64,000 nucleotides of DNA, taken from Carcharhinus longimanus. Taxonomy: Eukaryota. This document shows, one piece after another, positions 1 through 12,679 of this stretch; within the stretch, counting starts at the first letter, position 1; each line of letters starts with the position of its first letter. The translations under genes were made by a program, and so were the position numbers. Below the pieces are notes generated by a model. The model worked only from the letters and a program-made list of their open reading frames with translations, was not told where the DNA came from and did not search any database. Where the stretch lies: NCBI GenBank assembly GCA_030264375.1, contig JASCQW010000081.1, forward strand, positions 49,871,772 to 49,935,771, in the 5' to 3' direction.

Positions 1-348
1 CTGGATAGAGTGGACGTGGAGAGGATGTTTCCACTAGTAGGAAAAACTAGAACCAGAGGGCACAACCTCAGGCTAAATGGATGATGCTTTAAATCAAAGA
101 TGAGGAGGAATTTCTTCAGCCAGAGCGTGGTAAATCTATGGAACACTTTGCTGAAGAAGGCTGTGAAGGTCAGGTCATTGAGTGTCTTTAAGACAGAGAT
201 AGACAGGTTCTTGATTAGTAAGGGGATTAGGGGTTATGAGGAAAAGACAGGAAATGGGGATGAGAAAAATATCAGCCATGAGTGAATGGCGGAGCAGACT
301 CGATGGGCTGAGTGGCCTAATTCTGCTCCTATGTCTTATGGTCTTATG
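1..348 (+). mobile_element. CR1 LINE 3' end
   Basis: Encodes MRRNFFSQSVVNLWNTL (CR1 ORF2 C-terminus), followed by the 3' UTR hairpin region and a (tcttatgg)-type tail. Confidence 0.9.
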
Positions 349-1755
349 AGATAATGGTGTGTGTTGGATTTTGTGTTAGGTCTACTTAGTATATTTTTTT
401 AAAAGCATGAAACTTGTTACCATGAAAAGAACATTCAGTGATAATAAGTTGTCTCCTTTCATGGATCAAGTCAAACTTATACAGTCAGGGACTGTCCCAA
501 TTTATTTAATTTCCGAGAGGAGAAAGGCCTGTACATGTTTGTGTCCCAAAAATAACTTGGATGAAAAACAAAGACATTAAAATCCTTTTCACCTGATCAA
601 TTTTTTATATAAGATTCTCGTCAGAAAATTCCTGTTCAGACACCAAATAAAAGTCACTTTACAATTTGTTGCAGGAAAAATTATTTTCTGCCATATCACA
701 ACAACAAAAAATAATTCCTTTCTATTCACACTTTTTACCTAATTGCCTCTCATCCATTGTCTTCTTCTGAAGCTGTTAACCATTATTCAGCATTACCTTA
801 CAGTACTGATTAACTCCTTATAGAAATGAGTTGCATACATATCCTTTGGGAATTAGATGAGTGTGCCATGGGTAAATATGGGGATACATGAATAAACACT
901 CCACTGGACACAATGGGGGTGGAGAATGAGTCATTGTCAGTGGAAGGCAGCAAACCAGGTTTGATTTCTCAAAGTATGAGAAAGAATTAATATTTAACAA
1001 ATTTATTCAATTAATGTATGAGATTTGGAATACTTACAGGAATACTTACCCCCAGGAGGATAAATGGTACATGGTAACTTGGCAGAAAGAAGTGGCTTGA
1101 GAGGCTGAATAGCCTTTTCCCATTCTAGATATTCTTTTATTTCAGTGTATTCCATTGCTCATATGACTGAGAGTTTCAATGTTATATAATGAAATACATT
1201 GCTAGAGCAGGTATGGCACTGTTAGATGTGAAGTAAAATTTCCATTTCTGTACCACAATAATATGCCAGTGGTAGGAAAACTCCTCCAAGGGTATGACAT
1301 TTCCCTGTATCTCAACATCTGACCTCTTGCAGTCTCTCTGGGAGAGATTACTGACATCAAAAGCAGAAGTGCGCTATCTTAGTGCCATAGGCCCATGATG
1401 ACTAGAATATTTCATATTGGACTTTCATAGCCAATACAGAGAAAAGGCTTTAATCCCTTCAGTAAGGTGAAGCCCAAAGCCAGAGGTGGAAAGACAGTGT
1501 CTAAACAACTGGAGTGACCCAGCCATTTCTGCTTCATCCTTTCCTTTACCTTTCTGCCTAGTAGGTTACAAGTTACATAACAATCACTGGGACAATGCCA
1601 AGTAAATAACAACCCAAATCTGTGGACTCTTTTGTTTGATTAATTTAACCCACTAAGATTATTCAGCATTTCAGTGACACTCACTGATTCTGTGTACATT
1701 TTTGCACCTGTAATAAAGTTTTCAAAGTTCCAGTGTATAGATCTCTAGTGTATAG

Positions 1756-2045
1756 GGGCAGCACAATGTTTAACACTGCTGCCTCACAGCACCAGGAATC
1801 TGGGTTTGATTTTCGGCCTGGGTCACTGTCTGTGTGGAGTCTACACATTCTCCCTGTGTCCGCATGGGTTTCCTCCACATGCTCCAGTTTCCTCCCATAG
1901 TCCAAAAGGCATGCTGGTTATGTGCATTGGCTAAATTCTCCCTTAATTTACCTAAACAGGCACTGGAGTGTGGCAACTAGGGATTTTCACAGTAATTTTA
2001 TCGCAGTGTTAATGTAAGCCAACTTGTGATACTAATAAATAAACA
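1756..2045 (+). mobile_element. tRNA-derived SINE (elasmobranch HE1-like)
   Basis: Head gggcagcac...actgctgcctcacagcaccagg, core gtctgtgtggagt..cacattctccctgtgtc.gcatgggtttcctcc, tail ataaataaac. Confidence 0.85.
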
Positions 2046-3924
2046 TTAAAAAAACTAGATCTGATACTACATGATCCCTTGTTCCTTTGATTTTCCATTT
2101 TCTTCCCACGTACTCATATTCCTGCATCTCCACTTGTATTGAAATTAAGATTGTTACTACCTACTACTTCTACTTTACTCCATTCTTTCCTTATAACTAC
2201 AGATTCCCTTTCAAATTTTCTAAATCATTTCCTTGTTACAATCTACAAGTTTTGAAAATTTAAGTTGACCTCAATTTAACCATCACTTCTTTTAATTTCC
2301 TATTCCTTTCAATAACTTTCCTCCACCTCTGGTGCTGATCTTTGCTGCAAACCTCGAGTCTGCATCTAGATTTCACCAGTGTTTTTTTACATAATCTGGG
2401 AGCTGGGAGGGGAGCCATTTGACTTTTACCCTCTCAATGATTTTTCCATCTAATTTTCCAACTAAAAGAAATCCAACAACTGGTTAACAGTATATAAGTG
2501 CTTAAGCAACAGAAACCAGATAGCGAATAATTCACCCCTCCCCCTCTGCAACACCCCCTCCAAAAAAAAATTTCATTTGCTAACTAACAACAAAAAGTAA
2601 CAGGTGAAAAACAGTAAGAAAGATTGCAGGAGATCAAGATTAAAGTCTCCACAGACAACCACGTACCAGCAAGAATTTGGTTTAATTAATAGCACATTTT
2701 ACATAATGATTACACTGTAATTGCGCTGACTAGCCTGGTGTCATTAAATATATCCCTGCTCTTTTACAACACCCTTAGGCTAAAAATAATGAGTTACATT
2801 GAAAATCACCGTGCAACAGGTTTATAAATAACATTAAGCCCCTACAAGATTAGTACTTATAAATAATAAATATTTGCCTTTGTAATTGAACAAAAAATGA
2901 TAGCATTCCTTCCACCTTCAATGGCAAATTGTCATTTTATGCAGCTGAAAAGAAATTTTTCTCCTTCCTTGTAAGACGTGAATAATTTATTGTGGCTCCA
3001 CACATCTCTATTTCAGACCCCATGCAGAGTCTAGATTGCATCCTTTACCTCTCAGCCTAACCATAACTAAACAGGGTTGATGAATGCCATGTAGCGTATC
3101 ATAATGCATGCAGATTCTAAATATGATTCACTCCTGATCCTACACAGTGTATGTGTGCAACGGTGAGTGAAGGAAAAATAACCTTTAGAAATTCTTCTTG
3201 CTGTCTCCACTGAGTATGTTTAATAGCTGGTCTTGTCAATAGATTGAAATTCCATGAAATGCATCAAAAACAGAGGGGGGATATCAAGAAGACTTGTCAG
3301 GAGCCTCACGATAGCCATAGTTTGATGCAAATTATTTTACGTGTTTCTGATCATCTTGTAATCTGGAAATACATCAGGAGTTGACATGTAAATTTCGTGG
3401 TGTTCTGCTTTCATTTCCAACAGCAGTGATCAAATACAAGCTGGTCAGCCGCAAAATATATGTATAAATAATTTTCATTTCAAACATATTAGCAGTCAAA
3501 ATATCAGAAACCATCCCATCAGGTTAACAGAATTTAAGTGAGCCAGGTAGCAAAAATTGCAATTTTCAAATGCCAGCAAAAAATTAATGACCACCCTGAA
3601 AGGAAAATTTTTGCAAGTAATTTCAGAAGAGACACGCAGGCAGTGTTAGTGTTGAATTCCAGAGTTTATTTAGTTTAATTCTTGCTGTTATTATTAACCT
3701 GTCTCCAATTCAATAATACAGATTTTGCAATCAAAAATTACAGTAATATGGATGATCCTATTTAATGGATTTTTTTTTAAAAGGCAAAATTGGAGCTTAA
3801 TATACATTGTACCAGTGATGTGTGTTACAGCGGTCTTTTATCAGCGTGAGGGAGCCATAACTCACAGGTCATGAACATACCAGCTTATTGTAAAGGTTTT
3901 CTCCATTCTTTTTATTCAGCTCTC

Positions 3925-4210
3925 TCGGTGTCTCAGTGGTAAGTGTATCATCCAGTGTGGTAATATGCCATTAAGATTATAAAAATCCAAGTTCCATCCT
4001 CAGTTTGCTTCTCTGCTAAGCAATAGCAAGAACACAACTGACCTCAGCATAAACAGCAAGGATTCACGTTACTAATTGCTTTCCAAGACCCTTGCCACAA
4101 AATCGGTGGATGCCAAGCCATGTTGGAATGGCTGTGGTATCCTCCAATATTGATTAGTCAGACTTCCACATTAAGTGTACCCATTTTGGTGAGGTGCCAG
4201 AGGGAATATA
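3925..4210 (+). mobile_element. LF-SINE-like degenerate copy
   Basis: ctcagtggtaagtg..ccagtgtggta head and ttggtgaggtgccagagg near the 3' end, collinear with the copy at 7620. Confidence 0.55.
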
Positions 4211-4699
4211 AGAAAGAGGTGTAGTAAAATAAAATAACAAAAGGAATCTCTATTCTGTGAAGAATTGTTTGGAATTGAAATCAAAATCAGTTAACTGTCA
4301 GCATACATTGTGTTACTGAGTGGAAGCGCCAGGATGTTTTTCAATGTAACTGACAAGAAAGGGGCAGAGTGCATGATTTTGGCTCAGTGTGGGTTATATC
4401 ACTTCATTGTTGGCTGACAATGGTTATGGTAATATCCCCAGTTGTCTACTCTTCATCTCAGCCAAAGTAAAATCATATAGAAAATGAACATATAGTACAA
4501 TCATACAATAGTTACTGCATTGAAAGAGGTCAATCTGCCCATTCAGCTCTCTGCAAGAGCAACTAAACTAATGCCACTCTCCGCCATTCCCCAGTGCAAA
4601 TGATTTTCTCTTCAGATAATGATCCATTTCCATTTTGAAGACCATAATGAATGTCTGCCTCCACCACTCTCTCTTAATTTTGTTTCAGCATGTGCAGTA

Positions 4700-5250
4700 A
4701 TCACCAAACCAGGCAATAGCTTCCGCAGTGACTAAATGGAGCTCTGTGAGTCCTCAACTGAATTTTGTCAGGAGGCAGTCTTCAGTGATGAGTCATTGAT
4801 TGGGGTACACCACAGCTGCAGTTTGGGCTGTCTGCAAGACCCCACATGAGCTGATTTGCTGCACAAAGGCCTTGACCAGTGTGGAAATAGTTGAAGAGTG
4901 CCCAATGTCGGCTTGGCAGGTTAAGGCCGGGTAAGTGGGCTGTGTGGTCTGTGATGCAGAAGTAGTCTTTAAATGATGGCATGTTGGTTCTATTCCTGTT
5001 GCCATTGGGCCTGTTGTTCCTTGGCATGGTGGTCTTGGCCATACACGTTGGCATGACAGGAGGCAAGCAGCAGGTGAATTGGTAAGGTTCTTTTATAGTG
5101 GCAGGTTTGGGTTAATGTAAACTTTCTCCAGGAACTTTCTTGTTGCAGTGTCCCTCCTTATGTGAGGTTGATCAAGACTGGGAGTCAGGGGAGTTGAGTT
5201 GATCAGAGGGTACCTGAGAATGTAAGCATTGTTATGTTAAGCTGGGTATC
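4700..5250 (-). mobile_element. Degenerate Vingi/Ingi-like non-LTR retrotransposon, 3' part
   Basis: ORF 4782..5066(-) contains PGLNLPSRHWALFNYFHTGQGLCAA..WGLADSPNCSCGVPQSMTH, which resembles the C-terminal zinc-knuckle region of Vingi-type LINEs. Confidence 0.65.
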
Positions 5251-5439
5251 TACAAGACTTTGCCATGTATCTTAAATCAGTATTCAGAGTTTCTCAACCC
5301 ATCTGCCAGTAGGAATAGTTTCTTCTTATCTACTCTGTCCCATCTCTACATGCTAGGACAATACAAAGAAAATAAATAACAATTAAACACATCCAAATAC
5401 AGTGGATACATGACAGGGGGTTGGGCTAAGAGGGGCATT

Positions 5440-6465
5440 TTCAGGATGGAAATATGTAACCAGTGCCACAGGGATCGGTGCTGGGGGCCAAAATTATTTA
5501 CTATATATAAATGACTTGGAAGATAGAAGTGAATGTGCTACTACCAAGTCTGCAGATGAAACAAAAATAGGTGGGAAGGCAAGAGGTGTAGATCAGACAA
5601 ATGTTTACAAAGGGATATAGACAGGTTAGGTGAGTGGGCCAAAATTTGGCAGATAGAAAATTTGGCATAGGAAAATGCAAAGTTATGCATTTTAGTAGGA
5701 AGAATAACAGTGTTGAATGGAGAAAGACTGCAGAAAGCTGCTGCACAGAGATGCTTTGTGGTCCCTGTGCATAATTCACAAAAAGCTAGCATGCAAGTTC
5801 AGTAGATCATTGGAAAGACAAATGGAATGTTGGCCTTTATTTCAAAGGGAATGGAGTATATGGTGACTGGCACGTAAGTGGAGCTGAGTCCACAACAAGA
5901 TCAGCCATTATCTTATTAAATGGTGGAGCAGGCTTGAGGGTCCAGATGGCCTACTCTTGCTCTTAGTTCTTATGTTCTTATTTTCTTATAAAATAGGGAA
6001 GCCTTGCTAAAACTACACAAGACACTAGTCAGACCACACTTGGAATACTGCGAACTAGTTTGCTCCCTTATGCAAGCAATATTGGCATTGGAGATGGTCC
6101 AGAGATGGTTCAATAGGTTGATCCCAGCATGGAGAGATTTTTCTTATGATGAGAGGTTGAGTAGGTTGGACCTGTACTCATTGGAGTTTAGAAGAATGAG
6201 AGGTGACCTTATTGAGACATACAGGATTCTCAGGTGGTTTGATCGGGTAAATGCCCAGAGGTTCTTATGGAAGATTCTAAGACCAAAACACATAATCTCA
6301 GAGTAAGAGGTTGCCCACTTAAGATAGAGATGAGGAAAAAATTATTTTCTCCAAGGGTAGAAATGAATATGGAGTATAGGATTATATCAGTCATGATTGC
6401 ATTGAATGGTGGAGCAAATTCGATGGGCCAAATGGCCTTATTTTGTTCCTACGTCTTATGGTTAA
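5440..6465 (+). mobile_element. CR1 LINE ORF2 3' fragment, with a short second CR1 3' end nested at ~5885-5985
   Basis: Decayed RT segments (PQGSVLG, ADETK) and KTLVRPHLEYC...[17 protein letters not shown]; two ttcttatg-type tails. Confidence 0.9.
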
Positions 6466-6668
6466 AATACAATGTTTCCTAAAAATTAAATGGACCTCGA
6501 TGGCCAGATGTTAAAGCCAGTTCCCCGTGTTTTACCGAGCTGTACCAATGTACCAGAATTCAGTTCAATCAGTGGAACATACTGAATTAGTCTATCTAAA
6601 CTGAGACAGAGTACAAGAATAGCACATTTCATTGTACAATTGGTCTCAGTACTCCTGGTCTACTACAA

Positions 6669-6860
6669 ACTGAAGAATGAATGAGTCTACTATTTGACTG
6701 CGGGAGGCATGAACTCCAGAAACACGTTTTCCAGTCGGAGTAATCGGTAGACCATTCAGGTTTGTTTTTCCTGATTGCTATCTGGTTATCCCGACTGGAA
6801 AGCGCGTTTCTAGAGTTCATACCTCCCGCACTCAAATTATACACTCATTCATCCTTCAGT
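6669..6860. repeat. ~190-bp imperfect palindrome (MITE-like or hairpin element)
   Basis: Arms 6669-6738 and 6791-6860 are reverse complements; the 40-bp core matches at 36/40. Confidence 0.85.
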
Positions 6861-7619
6861 CACACAAGTGGGTTATCTCCCTGGCTGAGAAGGATCACGG
6901 CACTTGCGGAATTGCGCTTTTCTGAAGATGTGGTCTGATAAAGGAAAACCCCAGAAACCATAAGAGCTGAGAACTCATTATCGGCTACATCCAGGAAATA
7001 AGTGAGCTGATTAACTCTGAAGTCAAAAAGGCTGGAAAGCAAAACTGTTTACTAACGTATCAGTTTCTATGCTTCATTTAATAGACTAGGTATAAAAAGG
7101 TTGGAGGGGTTGTTGGAATAGGGTTTAACCTTGATGATATTTCCAGTGAAGCAGTGTAATGGGCTCTAATTGCCTCACTGAAAGAACCATGTTGACACTT
7201 GCTTTTTTTGCCTTGCATTTTCTGAGCACCATGCATTTACCATTATGCTAATTCAAGCGTTATATCTGAAAGTGTTTATATGAATGACACAAGTGCCGGT
7301 GCAGGTAAAGGGCTGTGAAATGGTCTGTAAACAGAAAGGAATTGATTCTGGGCAAAAAGCAATGCTGTTGGAGTTATAGACACTGAATGCTGAGAGCCGT
7401 GTTTTGCCATCCTGATCATCAGATTGTAAGAGACAGGAGCACCAGTATTGCAGAATCAGAAGAGGGAGGCCATGACAACTGAGAACAGCTCCTATGTTAA
7501 TTCTGTCCAAGAAAATTAGATAGCACGTTAGCACAAAAATCACTACATACATTTTCTTAATTTTAAAGTAAATACTGGAAAAGTACTAAGTATCCATTAC
7601 TGTTAAAAAAAAGCTCTAA

Positions 7620-7985
7620 CCACCTCAGTAGATTTGTGCACTGCCTAATGTGGCACTGCAGTACAGGAAGACCTAGAATTAGTTCTTGGTCTGTGCTTAG
7701 TTAGCTGATTTCTCTGCTGGGGAGAAGTTAGTGTAATTACTTCAGTAGCCATGGGTTGGCGAAGGGAACATGAGCCAGTGTTTCTGCTTGTGTTTGCTAG
7801 CCAGTGACACCTGCTGGAAAGTGCACGTACGTGGACATCAGGTGAGGACACAGTCGGCCTTAGCTAATACTGCCTTTCCACCGACAGTCTGCCGGTGCTC
7901 ACTGTTAGGGGGTCACACAAGAAGAATGGTCATTTCAGCAAGGTACTAGGTCCTGGCAGGAGTCAGATTAGGAGGGTAGAGATAC
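7620..7985 (+). mobile_element. LF-SINE-like element (best-preserved copy)
   Basis: ggtctgtgcttagttagctgat...ccagtgacacctgctggaaagtgcacgtacgtggacatcaggtgaggaca...gaagaatggtcatttcagcaaggtac follows the LF-SINE consensus as I recall it. Confidence 0.75.
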
Positions 7986-10044
7986 AGCATTACTGAAAGG
8001 ACAAGGGATAGCTCAGCTAGCGATTCAAGTGTACCATTGAAGGTTGTGTCCAAAGCGTTGACTCACTTTTCCCATTCAGCTGCTGATTGACCAGCTATGC
8101 ATTTTCTGTTTTTAATTCCCGATTTAAAAAAACCCTCCATGTTGTTCGAAATTATTGGAAGTGGTCAGCACAAACTGTTTTCCCAAAGGCCATACTATAA
8201 CACTGCTCATGTGTAAGTTTGACCCTGCGTCTTGACCTCATCTCTCTTTGTCCCTTTCTGACTCGTATAATTCACCGGANNNNNNNNNNNNNNNNNNNNN
8301 NNNNNNNNNNNNNNNNNNNNNNNNNNNNNNNNNNNNNNNNNNNNNNNNNNNNNNNNNNNNNNNNNNNNNNNNNNNNNNNNNNNNNNNNNNNNNNNNNNNN
8401 NNNNNNNNNNNTTTGTCTTTTGCATGAGTTTGGTATCTTGCAAAGAATAATAGAATAATAAATGAGGACACTGGAAAAAAGAGGAGATTTCAGATGCTTT
8501 CCCGGGTATGTTTTATTATCCTTATCAGTTTTACAGCCACAAAGCTACACTATGGTTATTTTATGCAAGTAATAAAATTAGGCTGAGATGGAATTAGCAG
8601 ACTCAAAGCCCTTTATAGGTCAAGTCGGTGTTTTATGAGCCTGCGACTCCCCAGCACTATTGTCATGAGGCTAGTTAGAGGGGTCTTTAAGCATGATTTA
8701 ATATGTCCATGCTTCAGAAAATAGTTAAATAGCTAATTAAATGTAGGAGTTAATTTACATATTAATTGACCTTGCAGTAATATTTATATTGATACTTACA
8801 CGAGAAGCCTTTTTGCCTTCATTGCCTTTCATCATAGTTAGTCTGAGCAAATATGGTGGAACTTTTTTTTGTTTAAACTAAAGTTTCTTTTTTTTATTGT
8901 CACCAGAGAGTTGTTGCAATCCCCGAGAATAGCATTGTACATCTGGCCCCAGGTTTTTCTATATTAGCACCAGCTATTGTTTTAGAATAATAGGGGAAAC
9001 ATTTAGTAGACAAGGAAGGGTTGCAGGAAACTCTTGGATCCACGCCTGTTTCAAAGCTGGTGTTAATTATGATAATCATCACGGCTCTTCTGTCAAGCAG
9101 TCCCTTGGGTACCCAGCTCCGTTACCACGTGGAGAAATTAGCATAACATTTTACCAACAGTTATGAGTCCAGACCATCAACCCACTCCGTTACAACAGTC
9201 AGTGCCTGGCATATATATAAAAAAAATTACACTGATGTGAATGCTGACAAATACAGGCAATTTGGCAAAAGCAGCTGTGTCCGGGTAAATCCACAAGAGC
9301 CCCATGATGTGGCTGTTACATTTTTGGACTCTGATTTTTTTTCCTCCCCAGTAGCTTAATTGTTTCAATAATGTAATATATTTGAATCTAATCCCATTGT
9401 TTAAAAATATTATTCATTTTATGTCGGCTGATTTCATTGGGGGAGGAGGGTGTAGGAAACTGACACACTGCTGCTCACACAATAGGTACAAATGAGGGGT
9501 AAGGGTCGGAAGGGGGGTTGGGTAGGGTTGGGGGTGACATCTGTGCACTGACAATTATCTAGGGCTTCAAACCCCAGAACATGCTACAATTTCCAAGCGA
9601 ATGACTCTATAAATGGACACCTGCCATGCCCAGAGCGTGAATCATTGTAGTAGGAGATGAGCACAAGTGGAGGAACAGTCACGGCTAGTTGGCTGCTGAT
9701 GTGTCAAATACAATCGCTGCTCAGGGTTCAGTGCCTCTGCCAAATGTTAAAGTTATTTGTTCTTGTCAATAAACCCAAACTTTACGGTGACCCCATAGTT
9801 TTTATTATGCTACGTGTGCTTAGAGGTAGATCTTTATTACTAGCACCAGCTATGAATCTTGCCTGCGTTTTTTTTTACAAAGCTTTTTTTAATATACTTT
9901 TTTTCTGAAATGGTATTTTAATGCATTGGCTAACTAAATGAAAAAAAAAACTAAAAATAGAATATTGGAATGCTTTCACCCTGAACTTTCTCTTGTCTGC
10001 AAAGTGATGGTAAATACTGATTTTTTTAAAGACTAAAATAATGA

Positions 10045-10325
10045 TATGAGACTTTTGGATGAGATATTAAATCGAGGCCCTGTCTGCCAGCTCAGGTGAT
10101 GGTCACATATCCCCCGCTGCTATTCAAAAAAGGTCAGGCATTCTCCCAGCATCCTGACCAATATCACTCCTTCCAGGGACACAACAAGTTATTCATCTCA
10201 CTGTGGACAAAGTGGCTACCACATTCACCTACACAATCACACTGCCCTCCAAATGAATTCACTACCTATGAAGTGTCTTGGAATATATACAAATGCTGGG
10301 ATAAGGTACAATACAAATACAAATC
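10045..10325 (+). mobile_element. Deu-domain SINE (SacSINE1/AmnSINE1-like)
   Basis: tttggatgagatattaaatcgaggccctgtctgccagctcaggtg...cctgaccaatat...tacaaatacaaat. Confidence 0.7.
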
Positions 10326-12679
10326 CTGATGTAATGTGTATTTTAGTTATCACATCACATGATATGATATTGAATTACCTAAATCAGGTTGCTTCAAGTT
10401 CTATGCTGGTCAGTACTAAATTAGTAGACTCTGAAGAAGTAATTTAGCTCAGAACATTAACTCTACTTCACTCTCCACATATGCTGCCAGACCTGCTGAG
10501 TTTTTCCAGCACTTTGTTTTTATTTCAGAATGAGTCTATCTCAGTCAAGGGCATGATGGGGATAATATCAGAGAAAGGATAAATTATCCAGAATATCTGT
10601 TCCTGGTTGCAACTCATTGAATTCCACTGGATGGAGTGCATGTTTAATCACTCAACCAAGAGCATGATCAAGATCAATGCTGCCTATTGGTGAAAGCTTC
10701 TGTGGCTCACTCAACAGAGTCACTTGTGAAGAATGGTCACTGAATAAGGCATCGCAGAACCACCTATGATTTGTCAAAAGGATTCTCTTTCTATGGTTGT
10801 TACTAATTTATACCAGCAGTATGGTGGGCTAGTCCTAAATAGCAAGAGGACTTAATGGGTTCTCCATTATCCATACAAAGATGAAGAGGAAGTTTGACAT
10901 CTACACCCTGGGAAGCAAATATCAACCCCAGATTCCTGGTTTCACCTGGCTTGAGATTGTCTGGAGCAGGGTTTGAATCCTTCACTGATCTGACAGGAAT
11001 ATGATCATAAAGCTGAGGGCTCGCTCCCCTTTAAGTAGTTAAGCTGTGATAGTGCAGGTGCAATCAATATTTGTGTGACCTTCAATACTTTGTAAAATAT
11101 AATTTGTGCTGTCCTAGTATTCTGCTTTCCTCCCCTCAGTGTGCTGATACACGCTGGGATATTGTTCTACAAATGTTGTGCAGCCTCCTGTACCTCATCC
11201 AAGCAGCAGTTCTATATGTGTAGAGGCTATTCCACGTCGTCTCATAGCCGAGCCAGTTCCTGTTCCCACCTTCATACTATTCACTTTCCTGCAGAGGCAG
11301 AATAATTCACTAGACAAGCTTCATTTAAATGCCCATAATTTGTGCATCAGCCTTAATAACAAATGTCAACAATAAAGAGGTGGCTGTTGAGTCTTGTCCT
11401 GTCTGAACCCATCTCCAGCTCTCCAGCAGGAGTCACAAAATAGCAAGTAAGGGGAAGAATTTTAGCTGTTTTCCTTCTGCCTATTCCAGGGGTACCCAGG
11501 ATAATTGCAGCCTTCCAACATCTGTGTTTGCTGAGATGAGCTAACTCAACACGGATGAGATTCAATATTCTTATCTGTATGGATTGTAATATGCTGGATG
11601 GTCGTTCTACCCACTGAACTATTAAGGGAGTTTTACAGTGTACAATTTTGAAACATTGCTGTCTAGCTTTTCTTATTTGAAACCATGTGACAAGTTTTAT
11701 GTTATTATCACTTGTAGTTATGTGAGGATTCTATGGATGACCAGTCAGCCAACACTTATCATGCTTTTGACTGGGAAATCTATTTACAATTCTTTTGAAA
11801 TGTTGGTCTCTAATGTAGATTTTTTTAATGCAGAAGAAAGTAATTTATTTTAAAATGTTCCATTACAGGAATGGCTTTTTTTGCCTGGTGTTTACCGTCA
11901 CTGAAGCTAAATGGTGTATTACAACCACTTTGCTATTTGTCTTTTGTTCAGCAATGCTAAGTACTGTTTAGGGTGTGTATCAATATTAGTACAGTCTATA
12001 TATTGATGCCTGTATTACTGTTAGACTCATCTAAACATTGTATTATGCATTTATTAGCGCATAATAAATGCACTATTATTATGCATTTATAATAGTGCAT
12101 GCAACCTGACAGTGGTTGAATGCACTGTTGTATTTTGTATATTGTATTTTCTGTGTATCAGCATCACTCCTGGTTATGTATGCAACAGCTTAGAAGGAGA
12201 GCAAAACTTCATCTTAATAATGCGATTTCACCCCAAATGCAAAATAATTATCTCAATTGCAGCAAGATAGTTCAGTTTTCCACACCAGCCATCTTTCTTC
12301 TATTAGCACTGAATTAATGGTAGTTTCGAGTTCCCCACTCAGTCGAAACTGGATTCAGACTGTCAAAGCTTAATTCATGCAGGCCCATGACTGATGGCAT
12401 GACTTTCATTCCATCAGTCTGGGCTGGCTTCAAACAGGAAGTTGAATCATTTTCAACTTTGCTTCTCTGTCCAAGTAGCAACAGGTTGATAAATAGTCTA
12501 ATGCTGTTTTAGTATAATATGTACACTAAAATTGAGAAACTCTCATTTCTGCCATAACTACTTGCATCACTGTCAGTGAGTATTCCCCTTAAATTAGGAG
12601 AATATTAGGAATTATCAAATAAAAATCAGTGCATTAATATGTTTAATACAATTTGCTTGAGATCCCCCTTTTAAAAAAA

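Noticed and set aside
1756-1830. tRNA-like sequence
   Set aside because: Head of a tRNA-derived SINE; no intact cloverleaf, and the B box is degenerate.
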